This document shows positions 27,066-35,620 of a DNA stretch of 64,000 bases, piece by piece; the stretch's first letter is position 1; every line of letters starts with the position of its first letter. This DNA comes from an uncultured Gammaproteobacteria bacterium. GTDB taxonomy: Bacteria > Patescibacteriota > Microgenomatia > CAYXHB01 > CAZYTL01. The stretch is taken from contig CAZYTL010000001.1 of NCBI GenBank assembly GCA_964650355.1, positions 4,018-68,017 of the forward strand. Reading direction: 5' to 3'. The notes beneath the pieces are model-generated. The model searched no databases. It saw only the letters and a list, made by a program, of their open reading frames with translations, and was not told the DNA's origin. The position numbers and the translations under genes are program-made.

Positions 27066-29162
27066 CTAAAAAGTGTCGTAATTGGCGACCACTTCTCTGA
27101 TAACGTCTGCTAATTTATCGGACATTTCCCTCACTCCTATATTTGCCACACTATTTGGATAATATCTGCCTACGTGATCTGTGCCGGGACCAATGCCTAA
27201 CCCTATCAATTTCTGATCTGTATTTTGCATTATTTGATCAACTGTTTTACCTAGCTCGAATTCCGGTCCGGAATGAGCGCTTGATTCTTCAGGAAGACCA
27301 TCAGAAAGAACAAACAGGAATTTTTCTGCTGATTTTTGACGGGCCAAACGTTCCGATGCTTGTTGAACAGCCCAACCGTCATCATTGTAAGCTGCAGCAG
27401 AGCTGTCTACCTCCTGGAGCATACCTCCCATATGTTCCCTAACTTCACGACCCATATCGTGTCCGAAAGGTTGATATTCATATAACCTATCATTAAAACC
27501 CAAAACCTCCGTGTTGATTGAAAGCCTATTAAGAACTTCTGCTAAGACAATTGCAGCTCTAAAAGTTTCCCTTATTTTTTGACCTCTCATTGAACCGGAT
27601 AAATCAACCAACAGACTAATTGCATAATCTTTCTCCTGAGGAATTTCCCGTTTCTGCCAGGCTCTACTTTCAACAGGTGAAATACCTAATGCTTTTTCCT
27701 GCATTCTTCGTTTAATGTCGATACGTTTTCCTGACTTAAAACCTGTCTGCCACTTCTGAGCTCGTCTGGCTACAAAAATTTCTCTCAAATCCGCTTCTAG
27801 AGTGTCAATAAGCGGGAGAACATCCCTTCGGTATTCTTCATAGATATTTTCATCTCCGCGCAAAGCTTTTTCAATTAAATCCTTAAATCGCTTCTGATCC
27901 GGAGTTTGCTCTGGTTTCGTTTTCCCTTCCTGTTCATCGTCTGAGGCTGAATCCCTATCTCGTTTTGTTCCTTCTACGGCTTCTCCACGCTGAGCCTGCT
28001 TTTCCGGATTGTCTGAAAGTTTGCCTTCGAATTCTTCATTAACTTCTCGCTCAAACCCCTGTAATGCTTGCTGTGCTTTCTCTGCCAGCTCACGTTTGAC
28101 ATCTTCAGGCAAAGAGTCAATATAGTCTTTTATTTTTTGTTTTAATCCCTCAGACAAAGAGTCAAGATCAATAGCTCTGGGTTGCCCGCTACCTTCCTGC
28201 TCAGCTTGGTTGCCTTGCTGAGCATTTTCAATAGCTTCTTCAAGCTCTTTTTGTTCTTCTTCTGTTAGTGAATCTGCCAACTCCTGAGGGAGTCCTTGTT
28301 GTCCTTCTCCTTCGCCACCTCCCTGCATATCCTCCATAAATTCCTGCATTTCCTGATCTTGCATATCCTGTTCAACCAACTTCTGAAATTCCGGCCATAC
28401 CTCATCCCGATTAATTTCATAGCTGACATTAGCGTACCTTCTGATTAAGTCTTCACTTTCATCTGCTTCGTGTTTTGAAGGGTATCGTAGCCAGGAATCT
28501 CTGGCACTTTCTAGCGTTTGACTAACCACCGCTTTTACTTCTTCCGGCAAATCTTCACTCAGTGCCCCAAATTCTTTTCCCTGAGTTTCTCCATACCACT
28601 GGCGTATATACTCAAAACCTGCTTGCATGAATCGAGGAGTATACCCCAGCTGGTCGTGAGCTTTTTCTTTAGCCTTGCCTTCAAAATCCAGATCTTCCTG
28701 ATATGCAATATCCATCTGATCACGAAAGCGGGGGTAAGCTTCTGCCACAAAATTATTTGTTCGAGGATCTTCAATGGCATTCATCATAAAAGAGAACCCT
28801 GGTTGTCTCCAGGTTTCTGTGGGAATGTCCTCAGTTCGAGATACACGCCTGTGACCGCCCTCATGAGAAATAACAAAACGTAAGTAGTCCATATCCTTCT
28901 GAAGCAGGTCTTGGGGGTCGATGCGGATTTTATTTTGTCCAAAATCCCAATGCCAGCCGGCACCTGGTTGGTTAAGCTCGACAGGTATCTGAAAATCTTT
29001 ACCTATAAAATAGGCCAATGAAGAAAGAATTTGTTGCCTATGCTGAATTTCCTGCTGTTGGTCAGGAGAAAAATGTCCGAGTATCTCGGTTTGATTATCT
29101 TTACGTAGAGCGTGTAGGGTTGTCTGTGATTCTCGTTCCATAAAATCAGTTTTTTGTTCCAT
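27066..29162 (-). CDS. vWA-domain protein with N-terminal HExxH zincin-like motif (partner of the MoxR-like ATPase)
   Basis: C-terminal MIDAS DLSGSM (DxSxS) plus FVLSDG and a downstream Thr/Asp pattern of vWA domains. N-terminal FVISHEGGHRR is an HExxH motif. Long acidic coiled-coil linker. Confidence 0.7.
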   Translation of the reverse strand: MEQKTDFMERESQTTLHALRKDNQTEILGHFSPDQQQEIQHRQQILSSLAYFIGKDFQIPVELNQPGAGWHWDFGQNKIRIDPQDLLQKDMDYLRFVISHEGGHRRVSRTEDIPTETWRQPGFSFMMNAIEDPRTNNFVAEAYPRFRDQMDIAYQEDLDFEGKAKEKAHDQLGYTPRFMQAGFEYIRQWYGETQGKEFGALSEDLPEEVKAVVSQTLESARDSWLRYPSKHEADESEDLIRRYANVSYEINRDEVWPEFQKLVEQDMQDQEMQEFMEDMQGGGEGEGQQGLPQELADSLTEEEQKELEEAIENAQQGNQAEQEGSGQPRAIDLDSLSEGLKQKIKDYIDSLPEDVKRELAEKAQQALQGFEREVNEEFEGKLSDNPEKQAQRGEAVEGTKRDRDSASDDEQEGKTKPEQTPDQKRFKDLIEKALRGDENIYEEYRRDVLPLIDTLEADLREIFVARRAQKWQTGFKSGKRIDIKRRMQEKALGISPVESRAWQKREIPQEKDYAISLLVDLSGSMRGQKIRETFRAAIVLAEVLNRLSINTEVLGFNDRLYEYQPFGHDMGREVREHMGGMLQEVDSSAAAYNDDGWAVQQASERLARQKSAEKFLFVLSDGLPEESSAHSGPEFELGKTVDQIMQNTDQKLIGLGIGPGTDHVGRYYPNSVANIGVREMSDKLADVIREVVANYDTF

Positions 29163-29200
29163 AGATCTCTTAAATTATATAAAAAATCTGTGAAAAAGTC

Positions 29201-30763
29201 TTACAGAAACTGAGAGGTATCAGCATACATATTCATAATTGGTTTTTTGCTTGCCTTGTGCTTTTTCTCCTCCTCAACATTTACAAAATTAATCAAATAA
29301 ATAATTGCTGCCTTGGTGAGGCACATAAGATTAATTGTCTCTTGGAAGAGAGTATCAGAATCAATGTTGTGCTTATCTGTTTCATCATCAACGCTTGTTA
29401 TTAATGAATCGAAGACTATTAGTCGTCTGTGGGTAAGTGCATTTCTGATTTGTTTTATCTTTTGATATCTATTGAGTTTGAAATCCCGGTATATGTCATA
29501 TAAAGCATAAAGGCTTAAATTATCAGAATTGAGTATTTCTTTCCTGATAACTTCTTTATGTTCCCAGACTGAGGCTGTGGAAAAGTAGATATTATTTTCC
29601 TTAAGCCTCAGATCGTAATAGTCGTTAATAAATACAGCAATTTTGTCCAATATATTGAAAGCATCCTTAAATGCCGATTTTAATAGACCTACATAAAGAT
29701 TGAATTGTGAGTAGTCCAGGGCGTATACATAGCTGGTTCTCTTGCTAATACTGTCGAAAGTCTTTTGTTTGTATTGAGATTGAACCAGATTGAGCCTGGC
29801 TACTGCGTAATCTTCTTTAATTTGATTGAGTTGTTTGGCGAAATTATAGAATGTGTCGTTGTCGTCAATTTTTGTGATCAGCCTGATAAATACTGGGTCC
29901 TCAATTGCGGCTTCACAAAAATCATCATGGATATGGAAATTGAGAAATAGCTTTTCCCTGCTGCAGAAATCTAAGTAATACTGTTCGAATTTAGTCAACC
30001 CTTTTGTTTTATATTTGGGATGCTTGATACTTTTCTTAAGTAATGATTTATCTTGAAAAAGAGATTCGATGTAATCAAGTTCGCGCTCGAAAGCTTTTTT
30101 AGCATCAGTACCTCCAACTTGTACCAGCTTCGGATCGTCTAAAACTGATTTGATATCTTGGTAAGCGGTTACATATATTGAAGCCCGATATTTGTCAGAG
30201 ATATCAGCAAATGCCCGAAGTGCTTTGGCTCTGTTTGCTACTGCCATTGGGAAGTTTTTGTTCAAGTCGAGCGCTTCGTTGTAGGCAGTTATGGCTTCAA
30301 TCCCTCGACCTAATGTGTCTAAACAGTTGCCTAGATTAACTAACACTTGTGTCTTTAGGTTTGGGTCATCAAATTCATTATTTGTCGCTTGAATTAAATG
30401 TTGTTTGGCTTGTAATAGATTTGTACTTTGCGGTATTGTGCGATCTACAGCGCCACCCATTCTTTCTGTAAGCTGATATAAACTTGTATACCCATTTGCC
30501 AGACAATAGTGAAGGTAAGCCTTCGTCTTGCCATTCTTTGTTTGTATTAGTGTGGATTCACCAAAATCAATACCTTCTCTTATGATATTTTCGTCCCTGA
30601 GATCGTTTCCTATATCAACTAAAAAGCCAGGTTTATAAAATATCAGTCTCTTGTCATCAGGGTTTTCCTTTTCGAATTCAGTTAATTTTTCAAGTGCCTT
30701 TTTTGCTTCTCCTGAATTGATAAGTAGTGAGATTGTTTGGAATGAGAGAGTCTTTTTATCCAT
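29201..30763 (-). CDS. TPR-repeat protein with C-terminal HEPN-like (Rx4H) domain, Abi/defence-like
   Basis: The N-terminal half reads as TPR-like helical repeats (AITAYNEALDLNKNFPMAVANRAKAL...). The C-terminal region contains IRNALTHRR (R-x4-H HEPN catalytic motif). Confidence 0.5.
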   Translation of the reverse strand: MDKKTLSFQTISLLINSGEAKKALEKLTEFEKENPDDKRLIFYKPGFLVDIGNDLRDENIIREGIDFGESTLIQTKNGKTKAYLHYCLANGYTSLYQLTERMGGAVDRTIPQSTNLLQAKQHLIQATNNEFDDPNLKTQVLVNLGNCLDTLGRGIEAITAYNEALDLNKNFPMAVANRAKALRAFADISDKYRASIYVTAYQDIKSVLDDPKLVQVGGTDAKKAFERELDYIESLFQDKSLLKKSIKHPKYKTKGLTKFEQYYLDFCSREKLFLNFHIHDDFCEAAIEDPVFIRLITKIDDNDTFYNFAKQLNQIKEDYAVARLNLVQSQYKQKTFDSISKRTSYVYALDYSQFNLYVGLLKSAFKDAFNILDKIAVFINDYYDLRLKENNIYFSTASVWEHKEVIRKEILNSDNLSLYALYDIYRDFKLNRYQKIKQIRNALTHRRLIVFDSLITSVDDETDKHNIDSDTLFQETINLMCLTKAAIIYLINFVNVEEEKKHKASKKPIMNMYADTSQFL

Positions 30764-30764
30764 G

Positions 30765-31016
30765 TTATTTATTCAGGCTTTTATAGCAATCATTTGTAAA
30801 CTTAGTTTCATCATCGATTAGCTTCTTCCAAGAGTCAGAGCCAAAATCGGTTATCCCCAACTCTTTTTTACCAATTTCAAGATAAGCCCCACCAAGTTCT
30901 GCACAGTTGGTGGGTTTGGAGCCAATGCCAATTTTGTAGCCAACAAACAGACAAATAACTGAAAATACAAAGGCCAGTAATATTATCACTGGGAGTTTTA
31001 CTTTTCTTACCTTCAT
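30765..31016 (-). CDS. small single-pass membrane protein coupled to the TPR-HEPN gene
   Basis: N-terminal transmembrane helix (LPVIILLAFVFSVICLFVGY). The stop lies 1 nt from the start of the downstream gene. Confidence 0.4.
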   Translation of the reverse strand: MKVRKVKLPVIILLAFVFSVICLFVGYKIGIGSKPTNCAELGGAYLEIGKKELGITDFGSDSWKKLIDDETKFTNDCYKSLNK

Positions 31017-31059
31017 AACTCAATTATATTCACTCAAGGTGAGAAATCAAAGACAATCG

Positions 31060-32967
31060 CTAGTTAGTAAGCATCTTTCCTAGTCCAGGAATTTTTCCGA
31101 TTAGTTGTCGAATTTTGTTCTTATTCGCTACTAGTGGCTCATTGGTCGTTTCTTTCTGTAAAGTGCCGTTAGAAGGCGACACAGGGGCTACAACTTCTGC
31201 CTCTGTTGATGTTTCATCTGATTTTTCCTGTTTTTCCGTTATTTCCGGACCAAGTAGAATATCGACATACTGGTCAAGGTCTAACTCTTCCAAAATCATC
31301 TTTTGCAAAGCTCGCTTACGAATCAGCCACTGCTTTATACCAATTGGGTCACTTGGGTCCGGCTTGTCCTGGGCAATGAATTTGTCATATAGCAACAATA
31401 TCTGGTTGAGTCTTGCTTGTTTGTCAGGCGGAATTACTGGCTCAACTTCGACAATTGCATCTACGCTAACTTTTTTATCTTCAGATTTAAATTCCTTAAA
31501 ATCAACATTATTTCCTACTATCCTGTAGAGCTTATCCTCGCTGAGGAACTCTCTATTTAACTGGATGAGGATATTAGCCACAGTAGTTAAAGCGTTTGAA
31601 ATATTTTGAGCATTTATGCTTAACCGTAGGTTGCTTTGACCAAGGAGCATTGCAACTTTCCCTAGTGGTTCGCTGGACGACTTTGGTAGCCCCTGCAAAT
31701 ATTCACCTAGCGCCAGAGTCCTCGATATCTCATCTCGCAGCATCTTATCTTCGTTGAGCCCCATCAAACTTATTTCTGGAGGTCGCTCAATAACCACATC
31801 ATCCATTTTTCTGAGCTCCCAAACAGCTCCAGGAGAGAAAATAATGTCATTCTTGGTGATGCCGGTATCTTTACGGATCTTAACTACTGGATCTAGCATC
31901 AGAATTACATCATCCATGCGTTGGTTACGCAGGTCAGCAATCTCCATAATGGTACTTTCAACAGGCTCAACATGACCGGTTGCCCAGAATTCCCAGAGAA
32001 GAGACATATCTGGCAAATCAACAAAGATGTGTCCATTGTTGATATCCAAGTATGGGTTCTCGTCATCCCTAATTACCACTTCACCATTGGCAATAACTAC
32101 CAGTTCATCTTCCTCATAGTCCCAACATTCCCATAACTCCAGTTGCTTCTCTTGATCACTTTTTACAGGCAGGACTTTTTGTTCACCGGTGTCGGCTTTC
32201 TTAAGATCGCCATCAATCTGAGACATTTTTTTGGTGTTTATTTCATATCGTTCTTTTTTCCAATCCTCAACATTCTTGGGGTTACAAAATTCAAGATTCT
32301 TGTATATATGGTTTTCTCCACGGTTTTCTTCTTCTTTTGTAATTTTTTCCTTAGTTTTAACTATCCTGTGGATTAGCCAAGGGCACCCATCCTGCAGATC
32401 CTCTGTTTCTGGTGCCGGCAGGAAGTCCCACAAGTCGCATAGAATCATGGTTGGATCGTCATATAAGACTTTGAATGTTTCATCCGATTTTTTCCTGCTT
32501 TGAACTTTCCAGGCTAATTTAACAATTCCGTTTCCATACAATACTGATGACTCAATCCAGTGGGGAAGCTTTTTGGCTAGTTCAATAATGTCAAAGTCAT
32601 AGTTGACCAAGTCATCCCAAGAAGATAATGCTCTTGACTCTACATCTCTCTTGTCTCTGGGAATGACTCGTGTTTTGCGTTTAGCAGTCGCTAGTCTAGA
32701 TACAACCGTCTTGACGATTTCAAATGCTATTGGGGGCATGAGGCGAGTGTTGTAGGCGTAGTTTTGTTTGTGCTGATAAGCCCGGTAGAGCTTATACATC
32801 CTCAGCCACTTAGCTTGGTATGGATCACGAAACTCTTTTGCCCGCTTAAATCGAGCTTTCCATTTTTTGAGGAGTTTTTCATCACGTTCCGTAGGTTCGT
32901 ATCTTTTTCCTGGTGAAATTTTTGTTTCTTTGACTTTAGGGTTTGGCATAGTAATTTTGGCCAACAA
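31060..32967 (-). CDS. portal (head-tail connector) protein
   Basis: 635 aa, upstream of the head module. The N-terminal RAKEFRDPYQAKWLRMYKLYRAYQ region is interpreted as portal-like, and the C-terminus is acidic. The assignment rests on size and position and is not backed by a motif. Confidence 0.45.
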   Translation of the reverse strand: MLAKITMPNPKVKETKISPGKRYEPTERDEKLLKKWKARFKRAKEFRDPYQAKWLRMYKLYRAYQHKQNYAYNTRLMPPIAFEIVKTVVSRLATAKRKTRVIPRDKRDVESRALSSWDDLVNYDFDIIELAKKLPHWIESSVLYGNGIVKLAWKVQSRKKSDETFKVLYDDPTMILCDLWDFLPAPETEDLQDGCPWLIHRIVKTKEKITKEEENRGENHIYKNLEFCNPKNVEDWKKERYEINTKKMSQIDGDLKKADTGEQKVLPVKSDQEKQLELWECWDYEEDELVVIANGEVVIRDDENPYLDINNGHIFVDLPDMSLLWEFWATGHVEPVESTIMEIADLRNQRMDDVILMLDPVVKIRKDTGITKNDIIFSPGAVWELRKMDDVVIERPPEISLMGLNEDKMLRDEISRTLALGEYLQGLPKSSSEPLGKVAMLLGQSNLRLSINAQNISNALTTVANILIQLNREFLSEDKLYRIVGNNVDFKEFKSEDKKVSVDAIVEVEPVIPPDKQARLNQILLLYDKFIAQDKPDPSDPIGIKQWLIRKRALQKMILEELDLDQYVDILLGPEITEKQEKSDETSTEAEVVAPVSPSNGTLQKETTNEPLVANKNKIRQLIGKIPGLGKMLTN

Positions 32968-32970
32968 AAA

Positions 32971-33019
32971 GGGGCTTGGGTTTTCCTACTTTCTTAAAAA
33001 ATAGAGAAACCTAAGCCCC
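32971..33019 (-). terminator. long stem-loop (13-bp stem) followed by T-run on the minus strand
   Basis: ggggcttgggttt...aaacctaagcccc. On the minus strand it is followed by tttttgttgg. It lies at the boundary between the portal gene and the defence cassette. Confidence 0.45.
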
Positions 33020-33035
33020 GATAGATTCGTTAGGC

Positions 33036-33060
33036 GGATTTATTTATGCCTTCAGAGTAC
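33036..33060 (+). repeat. left copy of about 24-bp imperfect direct repeat flanking the RM/SIR2-HerA cassette
   Basis: ggatttatttatgccttcagagtac compared with ggatttacttatgccttcagggttc at 44147..44170. Confidence 0.55.
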
Positions 33061-33173
33061 CGATTTACCAGTCAAATGGCTAGTTGTTTAATGTCACTAT
33101 GTGTAATTACCTAGTTGAAGCTATAAAAAGCTGTTGAAATAAATCGAATTTTTTTATATCCTATTGGTATATA

Positions 33174-33386
33174 TTGTTAAGTAAATTTATCAACAGTAAT
33201 ACTATGGAAGAACTTCTAACGATAGGCGAAGCCGCTCAGATTTTGAAGGTTCATCCCAACACTTTACGTTTGTGGGATAAAAACGGCATCTTGAAAGCTG
33301 TGAGAATTGGTGTGAAAAAAACTCGCAGATACAGAAAAGAGGATATCGAGAAGTTTATTAAAGAAGGTAAAAATAATAAGGAATAA
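33174..33386 (+). CDS. excisionase/MerR-like HTH DNA-binding protein
   Basis: LTIGEAAQILKVHPNTLRLWDKNGILKAVRIG is the MerR/excisionase-family HTH. The likely start is the ATG at 33204 (MEELLTIGEA...). It is a paralogue of ORF 48019..48213. Confidence 0.6.
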   Translation: MLSKFINSNTMEELLTIGEAAQILKVHPNTLRLWDKNGILKAVRIGVKKTRRYRKEDIEKFIKEGKNNKE

Positions 33387-33391
33387 AAACT

Positions 33392-35614
33392 ATGACTCAA
33401 GCTCAAAAACAGCAACTAGAAAAACAACTTTGGGCAGTTGCCAATGTTCTTCGAGGCAAGATGAATGCTGACGAATACAAGAACTATATCTTGGGGTTTA
33501 TTTTTTACAAATATCTTTCAGAAAAACTTGCTCGATACATAGATGAGAAACTATTATCCAACGAGAAGTTTGATTTTTCCGAAATTGATGAATCTAGCAA
33601 AGATGGTCAAAAAATCATTGATGCTGTCAAGAAAGCCTGTATTGATCACTTAGGATTTTTCCTTAAACCTAAGGACCTTTTCTCTTATCTCGTAAAGAAA
33701 GGTAATGGAGAAATTAAGAGTCAAAGCACCTTTATCCTAGAAAACCTTAAAGACGTTCTTAACTCCATTGAACAAACTTCTATGGGAACAGCTAGTGAAG
33801 ATGATTTCAAAGGACTTTTTGACGACGTGGACTTAACTTCATCCAAATTAGGTAAATCGGAAAACAAGAAAAATCAAGTAATTGTGGAAGTATTGACACT
33901 ACTTGGCGCTATTGATTTTAAGCTAGAAGATTCTAAAAGTGATTTACTTGGTGATGCTTATGAATACTTGATCGGAGAATTCGCAGCCGGAGCGGGTAAA
34001 AAAGGTGGAGAGTTCTACACTCCAGCCCAAGTTTCTAGATTGCTTTCTAAGATAGTGATTCGCGGCAAGAAAAAAATTAAATCTGTTTACGATCCTACTT
34101 GTGGATCAGGCTCTCTTCTACTTCGCATAGGCGAGTATGTAGATGTAAAGGCTTATTATGGGCAAGAACTAAACCCTACAACCTACAACTTAGCTCGAAT
34201 GAACATGATCTTGCATGGAGTCCACTTTGATGATTTCAGTATTCGCCAAGGAGATACATTAACCGACGACATGCACTTAGATTTAAAGGCAGAAGCAGTT
34301 GTTGCTAATCCTCCCTTCTCAGCTGACTGGAAGGGTGATAAAGACCCAGCTTTGGTGCACGATGAGAGATATTCTCAATACGGAAGATTGGCTCCAAAAA
34401 GCAAAGCAGATTATGCTTTTGTTACGCACATGCTACATCATTTATCTGATAACGGAATAATGGCTGTGGTTTTACCTCATGGTGCGCTATTCAGGAGTGG
34501 AGCTGAAGAACAGATTCGTAAATATATAATCGAAAAACAGAATTACCTTGATGCGGTAATAGGTTTGCCACCAAATATTTTTTATGGAACAAAGAAACCT
34601 TTTGCAATATTAGTATTTAAAAAATGTAGAAGCGAAGATCAAGACATATTTTTTATTGATGGTTCAAACGAGTATGTTGTTGGAGAAAAAAAGAACCTGA
34701 TGACAGATCAAAACATTAATAAAATATTTAACATATATGAAAATCGCCAAGAAATCGATGAATTTTCTTATAGAGCAAAATTATCTGAGGTAAAGAAAAA
34801 TAATTTTGACCTTTATATTTCTCGATATGTAAAAATAATTGAAAAAGAACAAGAAATCTCAATCGCTGAGGTTGCAAAAAAACTGTATAGACTTCAAGAG
34901 CTAGAACAACCCCATCAAGAAAGAGTTAAAAAATATTGCGATAAATTAGGATGTCCGCCTCCAATTGGATCTAATACTCAACTTCTTACCGATTATAAGC
35001 GTGGTTTAATTCAGAAGCTTTTTTCAAGAGAAATTAGGTTTAGAGATAAAAAACAGAAAGATTTTCCAGATTGGACAATCTATAAACTCGAGAATGTTTT
35101 ACACGAACATGGAAAAAAAAGTACCGGAAAAGAAAAAGTGTACTCTGTTTCTGTGCATAAAGGTTTGGTTGACCAGATTGAACATCTTGGAAGAAGTTAT
35201 GCAGCTAAATCAACAAGCCACTACAATTTAGTAAAACCAGGAGATGTTGTATACACAAAAAGTCCAACTGGTGATTTCCCTCTAGGAATTATAAAACAAA
35301 GCAAAATTAGTAAGACAGTCATAGTCTCTCCGCTTTACGGAGTATTTACCCCCAAAACATTTGATTTGGGATTTATTCTAGATGCCTATTTTGAATCAAC
35401 TGCCAATACGAACAACTACCTATCACCCATTGTTCATAAAGGTGCAAAAAACACCATTGCAATTACTAACAGCACTTTTTTGTCTGGCGAACTATCACTG
35501 CCTGTTTCTGAAGAAGAAATACAAATAGTTGCAGACTTTATAAGGTCTATTGACCAGATAATTCTCTTAAAGAGCGGATCTTTTTCGCAAAATGTCAAAA
35601 GTCACGAAGTTTAA
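33392..35614 (+). CDS. hsdM: Type I restriction-modification HsdM methyltransferase fused to a single-TRD HsdS specificity module
   Basis: HsdM motifs: SAM-binding VYDPTCGSGSLLL and catalytic VVANPPFS (NPPF). The C-terminal ~250 aa has HsdS features: conserved boundary DFPDWTIYKLENV, one target-recognition domain, and the terminal LPVSEEEIQIVADFIRSIDQII repeat. Confidence 0.75.
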   Translation: MTQAQKQQLEKQLWAVANVLRGKMNADEYKNYILGFIFYKYLSEKLARYIDEKLLSNEKFDFSEIDESSKDGQKIIDAVKKACIDHLGFFLKPKDLFSYLVKKGNGEIKSQSTFILENLKDVLNSIEQTSMGTASEDDFKGLFDDVDLTSSKLGKSENKKNQVIVEVLTLLGAIDFKLEDSKSDLLGDAYEYLIGEFAAGAGKKGGEFYTPAQVSRLLSKIVIRGKKKIKSVYDPTCGSGSLLLRIGEYVDVKAYYGQELNPTTYNLARMNMILHGVHFDDFSIRQGDTLTDDMHLDLKAEAVVANPPFSADWKGDKDPALVHDERYSQYGRLAPKSKADYAFVTHMLHHLSDNGIMAVVLPHGALFRSGAEEQIRKYIIEKQNYLDAVIGLPPNIFYGTKKPFAILVFKKCRSEDQDIFFIDGSNEYVVGEKKNLMTDQNINKIFNIYENRQEIDEFSYRAKLSEVKKNNFDLYISRYVKIIEKEQEISIAEVAKKLYRLQELEQPHQERVKKYCDKLGCPPPIGSNTQLLTDYKRGLIQKLFSREIRFRDKKQKDFPDWTIYKLENVLHEHGKKSTGKEKVYSVSVHKGLVDQIEHLGRSYAAKSTSHYNLVKPGDVVYTKSPTGDFPLGIIKQSKISKTVIVSPLYGVFTPKTFDLGFILDAYFESTANTNNYLSPIVHKGAKNTIAITNSTFLSGELSLPVSEEEIQIVADFIRSIDQIILLKSGSFSQNVKSHEV

Positions 35615-35620
35615 ATACAT

